Shown here: piece by piece, positions 26,688-39,845 of the stretch
Position numbering within the stretch: position 1 is the first letter of the stretch
Layout: each line of letters starts with the position of its first letter
Assembly: GCF_006345805.1 (NCBI RefSeq)
Contig: NC_043022.1
Span: forward strand, 21,638,001-21,702,000
Direction of reading: 5' to 3'
DNA length: 64,000 bases
Source: Octopus sinensis
Taxonomy: Eukaryota
The notes under the pieces: generated by a model
What the model was told of the DNA's origin: nothing
What the model saw: the letters and a program-made list of their open reading frames with translations, nothing else
Database searches by the model: none
Position numbers and translations under genes: made by a program

Positions 26688-27609
26688 TGAGAATAATTTT
26701 CTACCTTTCTTCCCACTGGTCACAGAGGCTCTGAAAATAGTTGTGGATATTGCTCTTCCTCATTGGACTGAGCTATTTAAAAGAAAAAGGTTGAGTAAGC
26801 AAAGAGAAACTCCTTTGCTGGCTCATCAAAGCAGTGTATTTCATCAGAAATATGTTCACGACAAGCTAAAAACAGCGCAAACTGTCAGTGAATCAAGTCT
26901 TCAGCATATATAGAGTTGATTCCAGTTCACTTGAGTTGTACGAACAGATTTTTTATACCTAGCTTGCTCGAGTTACTTCATTCACATCAACAACTCACTA
27001 ATGCCCTTGGGAAAGGTTCTAGTCTAAAGAACTTGCTGCTTCTCTGGAAATAGATAGATATGGCTTCATCAAGTCTGTATCAAAAATAAATTTTCTATAG
27101 AAGCTAATTGATTAATGTGTTTTAAACATTTAGGATTGTAGGTCACAAGTTCAAAAGCTACTGCAGGCATTGTATTTCATAGTTTCCTAATGTGTACATG
27201 TGTGTGTGCATGTACACACATGCACACATCTATATGTATATATGTATATCATCGTCGTCATCATTTTACATCTATTTTTACATGTTGATATGGGTTGAAT
27301 ATATCACAGTCTAAGCCAGTCCTTATTTGAAGTTAGTAGTTTCCTAAATAAGTAGGGAACTACATCTCACTCATATTTTCCTCTTTTTCAATACTTTCTT
27401 TAGCCAGATGCTCCTCCGAATTCCAATCTATTTTACTTTGTACACTGAGTGTGATTTACATAGCACCAGCACTAGAGCAGTTGTCTTGTTCCTGGCAACA
27501 ACCAAAACATCGTGTCAACCATATATTATCTCCATTTGTTTTCCAAGCACTTTACAGAGTATGCTACATGCATTTTAGTGTACCATCTTCACTAGAGTGA
27601 TAGCTATGT

Positions 27610-27795
27610 ACAAGGAGGGACTGCTGGAAAGTTCCTGGTTTTAAGGGTATCGTGAAAGGCCTGGTTGGAGGCCCAATCCTCCAAGTTCTTTTACAGGCTT
27701 AGAAAATCTGATGGACCACTGCAATAAGTGTGTGAATCTGGGAGGGGAATATGTTGAATAAAATCGTAATTAACTGATCCTCCTGTATTTTCTAC
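27610..27795 (+). mobile_element. Mariner-derived non-autonomous element
   Basis: Encodes a mariner-type C-terminus (DHCNKCVNLGGEYVE*); the gctgaaaagttcctggc end motif recurs at 40050, 43750, 57500-57620 and 58140-58870. Confidence 0.7.
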
Positions 27796-28290
27796 CTCTT
27801 CATACATGGCAAAACTAAAGATACTTCTCTATCCTACAATGTCTCCATTTGTGCAAGGTGACTTGGCCATGGGGGTGATCAAAGACAGTAAAAGGGCAGA
27901 ACACAGTGATGTGGATGGGAGTCTGAGAAAAGGGTCAGTAACAGGAAGGACAGGGATACAGGAAGAGGTATTTACAATGAGTAATAGAGTAGAAAGTTAT
28001 AAGAGAGACTATTAGATGATAACAATGAGTAACAAAAGGAATGAGATAGAGAGAAAGGGAGAGAGGGAAGATAGCGATAAAGATGGATGATAGTTAGACT
28101 GTGTAAGTTATAGATAGCGTGAACCCTTTAGCATTTAAACCAGCCTTATCCAGCCAAAATATTTAACCTGTTTTATGTTGGAACTGGCCAGATCCAGCCT
28201 CTCACCTCTATCCTACAATGTTATTTTATAACTAAACAATTACATCTTTGAAATCTCAAAACCACAAGAAAGTGCATGATTAATTCAAAA

Positions 28291-28420
28291 CTACCAACCA
28301 CACGGTTCCGGGTTCGGTCCCATTGCATGGCACCTTGGGCAAGTGTCTTCTACTATAGCCTCGGGCCGACTTAAGCCTTGTGAGTGGATTTGGTAGACAA
28401 AAACTGAAAAGAAGCCTGTC

Positions 28421-28458
<38 letters not shown>

Positions 28459-28688
28459 GTATATGTGTGTGTGTTTGTGTGTCTGTGTTTGTCCCCCCAA
28501 CATCGCTTGACAACCGATGCTGGTGTGTTTACGTCCCCGTTACTTACCAGTTCAGCAAAAGAGACCGATAGAATAAGTACTAGGCTTACAAAGAATAAGT
28601 CCTGGGGTCGATTTGCTTGACTAAAAGGTGGTGCTCCAGCATGGCCACAGTCAAATGACTGAAACAAGTAAAAGAGTAAAAGAGTAAA
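28291..28688 (+). mobile_element. SINE family A (5'-truncated) inserted in MITE E
   Basis: MITE E sequence resumes on both sides. Confidence 0.85.
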
Positions 28689-30007
28689 CAAACGTTATAT
28701 TTGACAGAGTAATTTGAACACTAGGGTTGAAGATGAGTGATGTAAAGCAAGATTGTTAGGTATCAATAATGAGTGGTCGAATGAGAAGTGATGAGGGGAA
28801 GGGAGAGAAAGAGAGCGAGAGAGACAGAGTGATGATTAGCAATAAAGAGGATTGATGGAAGGTGGGGGGGTGAATGCAATACCGTCTGTTGTTACACAGA
28901 TGAAATGTTGGGAAAAAGATTAAGTAATAGTAGGGAGGCACTTCGATGGGGGAGTGATGCAAAGAAAGGGAGAGAGAGGAGATGGAAATTGTCTAGGAGC
29001 ATAATAGGTGAAAGGTTCCAAATGTAGATATTATACATAACAGTAGTTATCCACGTGTATGTGTGTGTGTGTGTGTTTACATATATATATATATATATAT
29101 ATGTATCTGATAAAATAGGTTTCACTTCTAATACACAATAGAGACACATACTCATACACCATGAACACATGCAAAACAAAGAGATTTGAACAGAAAAAGT
29201 TCTAATTCAATCTTCACAGATTAACTATAAATTAACAATAGATTAGCAAATCAATTTGATTTATATTTTGTTGTCAGCATTAACAAATGGGTGTGTGTAT
29301 TCACGCTCATTAATTCAAATCATCTCTAAGTTTAGGTGAGACACTGGCAGAATGTTGAACATACGACAAAAATGCCTTGTACTTTGTTCCCCACTCTTAG
29401 CATTCTGAGCTCAAATCCTGCAACGGTCAACTTCAACGTTCCTCTTTTGAGATCAATAAAATAAAGTACCAGTCCAGGGCGATGGATTAACAGAATAGTG
29501 CTCTGCAGTATTTGATCTGGCTTTTTATGTTTTGAGTTCTTGAATAGTGGGCTTAATCTGCCACTGGGTTTAATATTACCACCTGATCCTTGAATGCCAT
29601 TAGCAGACTTTATTCTGTTCCAAGCATCTGGGCCAGATCTTTGATTTGAGGAGAACATCCTCCTATCTTCTCACCAGCCTCAGAGACCTTTCAAAATATA
29701 AGGTTCACAGGTATTGCCCTCCCTGTCCTCACTGAATGGTAAAAAAAATAATTCAAGTCAGTGTCATGCAGTGGGGTAGGTGTTAAAGGATTTCCAGAGG
29801 GTTGATGATCTAGAAATGAAATATTAGGCATAGTGGATAGTGAAGGGACCATGGGTGATGAGTGTGAGACAATCTTGAGGTCATGAGATTGATTTCCAAT
29901 GGTGCGTTGTGTCCTTGAGCAAGACACTTTATTTCATGTTGCTGCAGTCCATTCAGTTGGCAAAAATGAGCAGTACCTGTAATTCATAGGGCCAGCCTTG
30001 TTACATC

Positions 30008-30222
30008 TTATTTCTTTATTGCCCACAAGGGGCTAAACAAGGACAGACAAAAGGATTAAGTCAATTACATCGACCCCAGTGTGTAACTGGTACTTAATTT
30101 ATCGACCCCAAAAGGATGAAAGGCAAAGTCAACCTCGGCGGAATTTGAACTCAGAACGTAGCGGCAGCCGAAATACCGCTAAGCATTCCGGCCAGCGTGC
30201 TAATGTTTCTGCCAGCTCGCCA
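30008..30222 (-). mobile_element. SINE family C with 12-bp TSD
   Basis: TSD ccttgttacatc at 29996-30007 and 30223-30234. Confidence 0.9.
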
Positions 30223-31194
30223 CCTTGTTACATCCTGTCGTGCTGAATCTCTCTTGAGAACTACATTAAGGGTATGTATGTCTGTGGAATGCTCAGCCAC
30301 CTGCACATTAACTTCACAAGCAGACTGCCCCGTTCATTAGTTCAACTAGAGCCCTCATCGTTGTAACTGACGGAATGCCATAGTACAACATATTTACCTA
30401 GTATAAACACAGAAGTACATATAAGACTCTTAAACTAGAATATATCAAATGTTCTCTTAAATTCATTACTGTTATCTTTCATGCTTGTTTAGAGTTTACG
30501 AAACCTCTAGCCAATCATATATTAAATATTAATGAGGTGTCATCTGAATGAAAATGAATTAGTATATATATATATCATTTATCTTTTACTTGTTTTAGTC
30601 ATTAGACTGCTGCCATACTGGGGCACAACCTTGACTAACTATTAGTCAAATGGATCGACTCCAATGCTTTTTTTTTTAAGCCAAGTACTTATTCTATCAC
30701 TAAACCGCTAAGTTACAGAGACGTAAACACACCAGCAGCGGTGGGGGTAAAACAGACATAGACACATACATACACATATACGACAGGCTTCTTTCAGTTT
30801 CTATTTACCAAATCCACTCACAAAGCTTTGGTCAGCCCAAGGCTACAGTAGAAGACACTTGCCCAAGGTGTCACGCAATGGGACTGAACCCAGAACTATG
30901 TGGTTGGGAAGTAAGTTTCTTGCCACACAGTCACACTTGCACCTATAAATATGTATATATTGAGGTCCTATGAGAGTAGAAAGATGGAAGATTTCCAATG
31001 CAGCACTTAACCGAAGCTTGAGGCTATCTACATTCTTAAATTGTAGTCATAAGTAAGATCAAAATCTTTCAAGTGTAGAAAATCCTGATGTGACATTGAT
31101 AAAACTACTGTGTGGGTTTAACAAAGAGTAAAATATAATCCTTATCCGAAGACAAAGAAAGAGTTTATCAATTCTTTAATGACCAGTTGCAATT

Positions 31195-31380
31195 GTTTGT
31201 GTGGTAAGTAGCTTGCTAACCAACCACATGGTTCCGGGTTCAGTCCCACTGCGTGGCACTTTGGGCAAGTGTCTTCTGCTATAGCCCCGGGCCGACCAAT
31301 GCCTTGTGAGTGGATTTGGTAGACGGAAACTGAAAGAAGCCTGTCGTATATATGTATATATATATACATATATATATATA
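31195..31380 (+). mobile_element. 5' half of a SINE A whose 3' half appears at 36405-36680
   Basis: The head and body run up to the internal (TA)n; the post-microsatellite half occurs 5 kb downstream. Confidence 0.75.
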
Positions 31381-31636
31381 TATCATCATCATCATCATCA
31401 TCATCATCATCGTTTAATGTCCGTTTTCCGCGCTAGCACGGGTTGGACGGTTTCGACCGGGGTCTGGAGAGCTCGGGACTGCCCCAGGCTCCAGTCTAGT
31501 CTGGCAGTGTTTCTACAGCTGGATGCCCTTCCTAACGCCAACCACTCCGCGAGTGTAGTGGGTGTTTTTTACGTGCCACCTGCACAGGTGCCAGAGGGGT
31601 CTGGCATCGGCCACGTTCGGATGGTGCTTTTTTTAT

Positions 31637-32265
31637 GGGGGGGGGGTGCAGAAATATAGGGGAGCACCAGTGGGAGGGGTGGTTCAGAGGACAGGTAATA
31701 TGCAAGTAGAACGTAGGATATCGAGAGAGGGGTAATGCATGGTGAAATAGCGTATTGAAGAGGGGGGTTCAAAGAGTAGACACCTATAATGGTGGTGGGG
31801 GGGTGCAGAAATATAGGGGGAGCACAGTGGGAGGGGTGGTTCAGAGGACAGGTTCTAGGCAAGTAGAACGTAGGATATCGAGAGAGGGGTAATGCATGGT
31901 GAAATAGCGTATGAAGAGGGGGGTTCAAAGAGTAGACACCTATAATGGTGGTGGGGGGGTGCAGAAATATAGGGGAGCACCAGTGGGAGGGGTGGTTCAG
32001 AGGACAGGTTCTAGGCAAGTAGAACGTAGGATATCGAGAGAGGGGTAATGCATGGTGAAATAGCGTATTGAAGAGGGGGGTTCAAAGAGTAGACACCTAT
32101 AATGGTGGTGGGGGGGTGCAGAAATATAGGGGAGCACCAGTGGGAGGGGTGGTTCAGAGGACAGGTTCTAGGCAAGTAGAACGTAGGATATCGAGAGAGG
32201 GGTAATGCATGGTGAAATAGCGTATTGAAGAGAGGGGTTCAAAGAGTAGACACCTATAATGGTGG
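31637..32265. repeat. 157-bp G-rich tandem repeat, 4 copies
   Basis: gcagaaatatag anchor at 31648, 31805, 31961 and 32118. Confidence 0.97.
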
Positions 32266-32349
32266 GAGAAACGACATCCGGTATAGTTGGAGCAAAATAC
32301 AGATATCCGGTATTGGTGGTGGGGGTGGGTAGGGCGGGGCGGGCGCGCC

Positions 32350-35300
32350 GCGAAGAACCGGCAGCCAATTTCTAATCAGCCCTGTAAGGGAGATAGATCT
32401 TAAATATCTATAACGATAACTAGTGAATTATACAGAATATGCAAAAACGAGGCGAGGCTGAAATAGTAAACAGAGTGGCGACTAGGGGGATCAGAATAAT
32501 AATAATTAATAAATAATAATAATAAATAGAGATACGGATGAATTAAAGTTCAAAGATTTCTTATCTTGGGATCACTTCGTTTACGGACAGACTTGGCAAA
32601 AGGAATTCGGAATCAAGAGTGAGGCAGGTTACTAGCTTAAGTATGCATAGCCATGTCGAGGAGTAGGAAGAGGAGTCCAGACAGACAATGTAAAAAGAGG
32701 GGGAGAGAAACCCCGCGAAGAACCGGCAGCCAATTTCTAATCAGCCCTGTAAGGGAGATAGATCTTAAATATCTATAACGATAACTAGTGAATTATACAG
32801 AATATGCAAAAACGAGGCGAGGCTGAAATAGTAAACAGAGTGGCGACTAGGGGGATCAGAATAATAATAATTAATAAATAATTTATAATAAATAGAGATA
32901 CGGATGAATTAAATTTCAAAGATTTCTTATCTTCGGATCACTTCGTTTACCGACAGACTTGGCAAAAGGAATTCGGAATCAAGAGTGAGGCAGGTTACTA
33001 GCTTAAGTATGCATAGCCATGTCGAGGAGTAGGAAGAGGAGTCCAGACAGACAATGTAAAAAGAGGGGGAGAGAAACCCCGCGAAGAACCGGCAGCCAAT
33101 TTCTAATCAGCCCTGTAAGGGAGATAGATCTTAAATATCTATAACGATAACTAGTGAATTATACAGAATATGCAAAAACGAGGCGAGGCTGAAATAGTAA
33201 ACAGAGTGGCGACTAGGGGGATCAGAATAATAATAATTAATAAATAATAATAATAAATAGAGATACGATGAATTAAAGTTCAAAGATTTCTTATCTTGGG
33301 ATCACTTCGTTTACGGACAGACTTGGCAAAAGGAATTCGGAATCAAGAGTGAGGCAGGTTACTAGCTTAAGTATGCATAGCCATGTCGAGGAGTAGGAAG
33401 AGGAGTCCAGACAGACAATGTAAAAAGAGGGGGAGAGAAACCCCGAAGAACCGGCAGCCAATTTCTAATCAGCCCTGTAAGGGAGATAGATCTTAAATAT
33501 CTATAACGATAACTAGTGAATTATACAGAATATGCAAAAACGAGGCGAGGCTGAAATAGTAAACAGAGTGGCGACTAGGGGGATCAGAATAATAATAATT
33601 AATAAATAATAATAATAATAGAGATACGGATGAATTAAAGTTCAAAGATTTCTTATCTTGGGATCACTTCGTTTACGGACAGACTTGGCAAAAGGAATTC
33701 GGAATCAAGAGTGAGGCAGGTTACTAGCTTAAGTATGCATAGCCATGTCGAGGAGTAGGAAGAGGAGTCCAGACAGACAATGTAAAAAGGGGGGAGAGAA
33801 ACCCCGCGAAGAACCGGCAGCCAATTTCTAATCAGCCCTGTAAGGGAGATAGATCTTAAATATCTATAACGATAACTAGTGAATTATACAGAATATGCAA
33901 AAACGAGGCGAGCTGAAATAGTAAACAGAGTGGCGACTAGGGGGATCAGAATAATAATAATTAATAAATAATAATAATAAATAGAGATACGGATGAATTA
34001 AAGTTCAAGATTTCTTATCTTGGGATCACTTCGTTTACGGACAGACTTGGCAAAAGGAATTCGGAATCAAGAGTGAGGCAGGTTACTAGCTAAGTATGCA
34101 TAGCCATGTCGAGGAGTAGGAAGAGGAGTCCAGACAGACAATGTAAAAAGAGGGGGAGAGAAACCCCGCGAAGAACCGCAGCCAATTTCTAATCAGCCCT
34201 GTAAGGGAGATAGATCTTAAATATCTATAACGATAACTAGTGAATTATACAGAATATGCAAAAACGAGGCGAGGCTGAAATAGTAAACAGAGTGGCGACT
34301 AGGGGGATCAGAATAATAATAATTAATAAATAATAATAATAAATAGAGATACGGATGAATTAAGTTCAAAGATTTCTTATCTGGGATCACTTCGTTTACG
34401 GACAGACTTGGCAAAAGGAATTCGGAATCAAGAGTGAGGCAGGTTACTAGCTTAAGTATGCATAGCCATGTCGAGGAGTAGGAAGAGGAGTCCAGACAGA
34501 CAATGTAAAAAGAGGGGGAGAGAAACCCCGCGAAGAACCGGCAGCCAATTTCTAATCAGCCCTGTAAGGGAGATAGATCTTAAATATCTATACGATAACT
34601 AGTGAATTATACAGAATATGCAAAAACGAGGCGAGGCTGAAATAGTAAACAGAGTGGCGACTAGGGGGATCAGAATAATAATAATTAATAAATAATAATA
34701 ATAAATAGAGATACGATGAATTAAAGTTCAAAGATTTCTTATCTTGGGATCACTTCGTTTACGGACAGACTTGGCAAAAGGAATTCGGAATCAAGAGTGA
34801 GGCAGGTTACTAGCTTAAGTATGCATAGCCATGTCGAGGAGTAGGAAGAGGAGTCCAGACAGACAATGTAAAAAGAGGGGGAGAGAAACCCCGCGAAGAA
34901 CCGGCAGCCAATTTCTAATCAGCCCTGTAAGGGAGATAGATCTTAAATATCTATAACGATAACTAGTGAATTATACAGAATATGCAAAAACGAGGCGAGG
35001 CTGAAATAGTAAACAGAGTGGCGACTAGGGGGATCAGAATAATAATAATTAATAAATATAATAATAATAGAGATACGGATGAATTAAAGTTCAAAGATTT
35101 CTTATCTTGGGATCACTTCATTTACGGACAGACTTGGCAAAAGGAATTCGGAATCAAGAGTGAGGCAGGTTACTAGCTTAAGTATGCATAGCCATGTCGA
35201 GGAGTAGGAAGAGGAGTCCAGACAGACAATGTAAAAAGAGGGGGAGAGAAACCCCGCGAAGAACCGGCAGCCAATTTCTAATCAGCCCTGTAAGGGAGAT

Positions 35301-36400
35301 AGATCTTAAATATCTATAACGATAACTAGTGAATTATACAGAATATGCAAAAACGAGGCGAGGCTGAAATAGTAAACAGAGTGGCGACTAGGGGGATCAG
35401 AATAATAATAATTAATAAATAATAATAATAAATAGAGATACGGATGAATTAAAGTTCAAAGATTTCTTATCTTGGGATCACTTCGTTTACGGACAGACTT
35501 GGCAAAAGGAATTCGGAATCAAGAGTGAGGCAGGTTACTAGCTTAAGTATGCATAGCCATGTCGAGGAGTAGGAAGAGGAGTCCAGACAGACAATGTAAA
35601 AAGAGGGGGAGAGAAACCCCGCGAAGAACCGGCAGCCAATTTCTAATCAGCCCTGTAAGGGAGATAGATCTTAAATATCTATAACGATAACTAGTGAATT
35701 ATACAGAATATGCAAAAACGAGGCGAGGCTGAAATAGTAAACAGATGGCGACTAGGGGGATCAGAATAATAATAATTAATAAATAATAATAATAATAGAG
35801 ATACGGATGAATTAAAGTTCAAAGATTTCTTATCTTGGGATCACTTCGTTTACGGACAGACTTGGCAAAAGGAATTCGGAATCAAGAGTGAGGCAGGTTA
35901 CTAGCTTAAGTATGCATAGCCATGTCGAGGAGTAGGAAGAGGAGTCCAGACAGACAATGTAAAAAGAGGGGGAGAGAAACCCCGCGAAGAACCGGCAGCC
36001 AATTTTAATCAGCCCTGTAAGGGAGATAGATCTTAATATCTATAACGATAACTAGTGAATTATACAGAATATGCAAAAACGAGGCGAGGCTGAAATAGTA
36101 AACAGAGTGGCGACTAGGGGGATCAGAATAATAATAATTAATAAATAATAATAATAAATAGAGATACGATGAATTAAAGTTCAAAGATTTCTTATCTTGG
36201 GATCACTTCGTTTACGGACAGACTTGGCAAAAGGAATTCGGAATCAAGAGTGAGGCAGTTACTAGCTAAGTATGCATAGCCATGTCGAGGAGTAGGAAGA
36301 GGAGTCCAGACAGACAATGTAAAAAGAGGGGGAGAGAAACCCCGCGAAGAACCGGCAGCCAATTTCTAATCAGCCCTGTAAGGGAGATAGATCTTAAATA

Positions 36401-36404
<4 letters not shown>
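32350..36404. repeat. ~365-bp satellite, 11 full units plus a partial 12th
   Basis: gcgaagaaccggcagcc anchor at 32350, 32715, 33081, ~33445, 33806, 34168, 34530, 34893, 35256, 35621, 35984 and 36344. Confidence 0.98.
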
Positions 36405-36460
<56 letters not shown>

Positions 36461-37109
36461 GTGTGTGTGTGTGTGTGTGTGTCTGTGTTTGTCCCCTAGC
36501 ATTGCTTGACAACCGATGCTGGTGTGTTTACGTCCTCATCACTTAGCAGTTCGGCAAAAGAGACAGATAGAATAAGTACTGGGCTTACAAAGAATAAGTC
36601 CCGGGGTCGATTTGCTCGATTAAAGGTGGTGCTCCAGCATGGCCGCAGTCAAATGACTGAAACAAGTAAAAGAGTAAAAGAGAGAGAGCTCTATTTTAAA
36701 CGCCAATTTTACACAAAATTCCACATGAAAGTTACGTAATATTTACAGTTTTAAACATGAAAGTAGCACTTTCAGCAAACTTGCATCAAAGGTGTGCTCT
36801 TATATTGTGCATCTGCAAGTGTTGTATCAGATCAAGAGGAAAGAGGATAAAGATAAAAATAGAAGTGTGAAATAACAGACAACGTAAATACAATGTTAAT
36901 ACCAAAGCAGATAAAAATATGGGGGAGGAGAAGGGGGGCATAATGATTTCCTGCTCTCTAGTACTTATTTCTAGAACCAGAGTTGTAATGCCCAACACAT
37001 CCAAGCCAACAAGGAAGTTTGTATAAGGTTTTATGAAATATTAGAAACAGCAGCTAAATCTCACTGACACTGCATCTTGTACCTTAAAATAAAGAAGGAA
37101 CCCTAGATA

Positions 37110-37273
37110 GGTGCAGGAGTGGCTGTGTGGTAAGTAGCTTGCTTACCAACCACATGGTTCCAGGTTCAGTCCCACTGCGTGGCATCTTGGGCAAGTGTCT
37201 TCTGCTATAGCCCCAGGCCGACCAATGCCTTGCGAGTGATTTAGTAGACGGAAACTGAAAGAAGCCTGTCGTA

Positions 37274-37320
<47 letters not shown>

Positions 37321-37535
37321 TTGTGTGTCTGTGTTTGTCCCCCTAGCATTGCTTGACAACCGATGCTGGTGTGTTTACGTCCCCATCACTTAGCGGTTCG
37401 GCAAAAGAGACCGATAGAATAAGTACTGGGCTTACAAAGAATAAGTCCCGGGGTCGATTTGCTCGACTAAAGGCGGTGCTCCAGCATGGCCGCAGTCAAA
37501 TGACTGAAACAAGTAAAAGAGTAAAGAGTAAAAGA
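37110..37535 (+). mobile_element. SINE family A
   Basis: Full-length match. Confidence 0.9.
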
Positions 37536-37978
37536 GAGAGTATAGTTTTAGTTCTACAAAAATATAGAAAGGTCTCTGGCAAGATATCTGCTCACACTTT
37601 CGATCATAGGTCTACATGAACAGGACTGGCCCCAGCTAAACAAAAACAACAATAACAAACAAACACATGATCATTTGTGATTAATGTAATCTTAGTTGCA
37701 CTGTGTCAAAAAAACAAATGACAGGATATTTTACACTGAAACACATTTGAATACATAAGTCTCCTGTATTACCCGGGGCTAAACAACATCAACTACTAGA
37801 AATCATGCATTCACTTTATTTTTTCTTACTAATGCAGTCACCATTCCTATCTTCACACATCACACAATATCACATGAACTAATGAGGAAGCTTCAAATGA
37901 GTTGTTTCACCTGCTAGAAATAGCAGCCAAACATTCATCAAATCACACCCTACCATTTAAAAAAGAAGGAAACATTGA

Positions 37979-38206
37979 TTAACCCTTTCGTTACTGTATT
38001 TATTTTGAGATGCTCTGTGTTTCTTTCAATTACTTTAAATAAAACAAAGAATTTAGTAAAATAACTTAGTTATCATTCAGCTAGTCTTAGGAACATAAAT
38101 TGTGACTAAGGTTTGGTGGAAGATTTTCATTCAAAACTTATGAAAACAAAACATTTGTACTCAGAGCCAGAGCCAGTTTCAGCCGGATTGGTAATGAAAG
38201 GGTTAA
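37979..38206 (+). mobile_element. piggyBac-like MITE family D
   Basis: TTAA-CCCTTTCGTTAC ... GTAATGAAAGGG-TTAA. Confidence 0.92.
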
Positions 38207-39239
38207 TATATCCATAAATACACAGTCTGAAACCCCAAAAAAAAAAAAAAAAAAAAAAAAAAACAAGATGGCCATGGCTAGAATTCCTTTCATTGAAGAC
38301 TTGCTTGATTAGCTCATTCTAGTACTGAAGAGGATCAACAGCTACCATGGCTTACACATCCATCTTTATGTGTGTATATCAATGTAATTGTCTTTCCTCT
38401 TAACATACACCTTACAATATCTCTGATATCTAACTGTGTATTCGATTCAGCTGTTGCACTCCAACTTTCACCTCAGTTAATACTGCACACTCAACAGGCC
38501 TTATTCAACTAATTTCTCTTTCAATAGCTGGACATCCACAGCATTACAATGGAGAAACAGAATATAGATTACAGCGGTAATCTTTAAATAATGTTGTCAT
38601 CACGTTAAAAACATTAAATGGTTACACACATAACAGGTTTTAATAGAGTCGAAACAGCAATTGATATTCAATGTTAAATGTTGCAGCAGCTGTGATTTTG
38701 AAAGGGTTAAAAGCACAACAATTTCATTCTCATTTCTCAGCTCTTATCAAAGGATATAATTAATTCTTATCCTTCTAAGGTCACATAAGATAAAGACACA
38801 GCTTCGATATAATTTGCATTTATGATGGAAGAAATATGATGTGCTAATAGCAACAGCACACAGCTTTCAATTCATTGATAACTCTGTTACACAGTATGTC
38901 ACCTCTAGTTGTTTCTTATTTTGTTACCAAGAAAAGAATCACATTTATCTGATTCAGATTATCTCTCAAACTTTTATTTCATGTCCTTTGTCATATTATT
39001 TTAGTGAAGTTGTTTTATTACACACACAAAAAAAAAAAAAACCAACAAAACAGCATCTTATTGAATTTCTTTAGTTTGTGATTTGACCTAAGAGCATGCA
39101 TTGAGAAGTTAAAATATATTGTGGTAGAGTCATTGTAACAATTAAATCAGACGACATTGTGTCACAAGACTCACGGAAAGATGTTGTGGCTTCTCTAACT
39201 CACGAGGGAATAAACACTAACATAACAGTAAATTTTAAA

Positions 39240-39845
39240 TTACAACGGTGGCACATAAAAGCACCATTCGAGCATGGTCAATGCTAGTCCCACAGGATTG
39301 GCTCCCATGCCAGTGGCACATAAAATGCACCATATGAACGTGGTCGATGCCAGTGCCACCTGACTGGCTCCAGTGCTGGTGGCACGAAAAAAGCACCATT
39401 TGAGCATGGTCGATGCTAGTACCACCTGACTAGCTTTCATGCCAGTGGCACATAAAAAGCACCCACTACACTCTTTAGAGTGGTTGGTCGGCGAGCTGGC
39501 AGAATTGTTAGCACGCCGGGCAAAATGCGTAGCCATATTTCGTCTGCCGCTACGTTCTGAGTTCAAATTCCGCCGAGGTTGACTTTGCCTTTCATCCTTT
39601 CGGAGTCGATTAAATAAGTACCAGTTACGCACTGGGGTCGATATAATCAACTTAATCCCTTTGTTTGTCCTTTCTGTGTTTAGCCCCTCATGTGTAGTAA
39701 AGAAATAGGTATTAGGAAAAGCATCCAGCTGTAGAAACTTTGCCAGATAAGATTGGATCAGATCAGATTGCCAGTCCTCAGTCAAACCATCCAACCCATG
39801 CCAGCATGGAAAGCGGACCTTAAACGATGATGATGACGATGACAA
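39240..39845 (+). mobile_element. SINE B with ~4 5' tandem modules, interrupted by a SINE C (39489-39712)
   Basis: B core gtggttgg|...|tattaggaaaagcatcc is split by the C element. Confidence 0.85.

Noticed and set aside
34982-35176. 64-aa ORF in the 365-bp satellite
   Set aside because: Open in only one unit because of an indel; the other units have a stop after the (AAT) tract.
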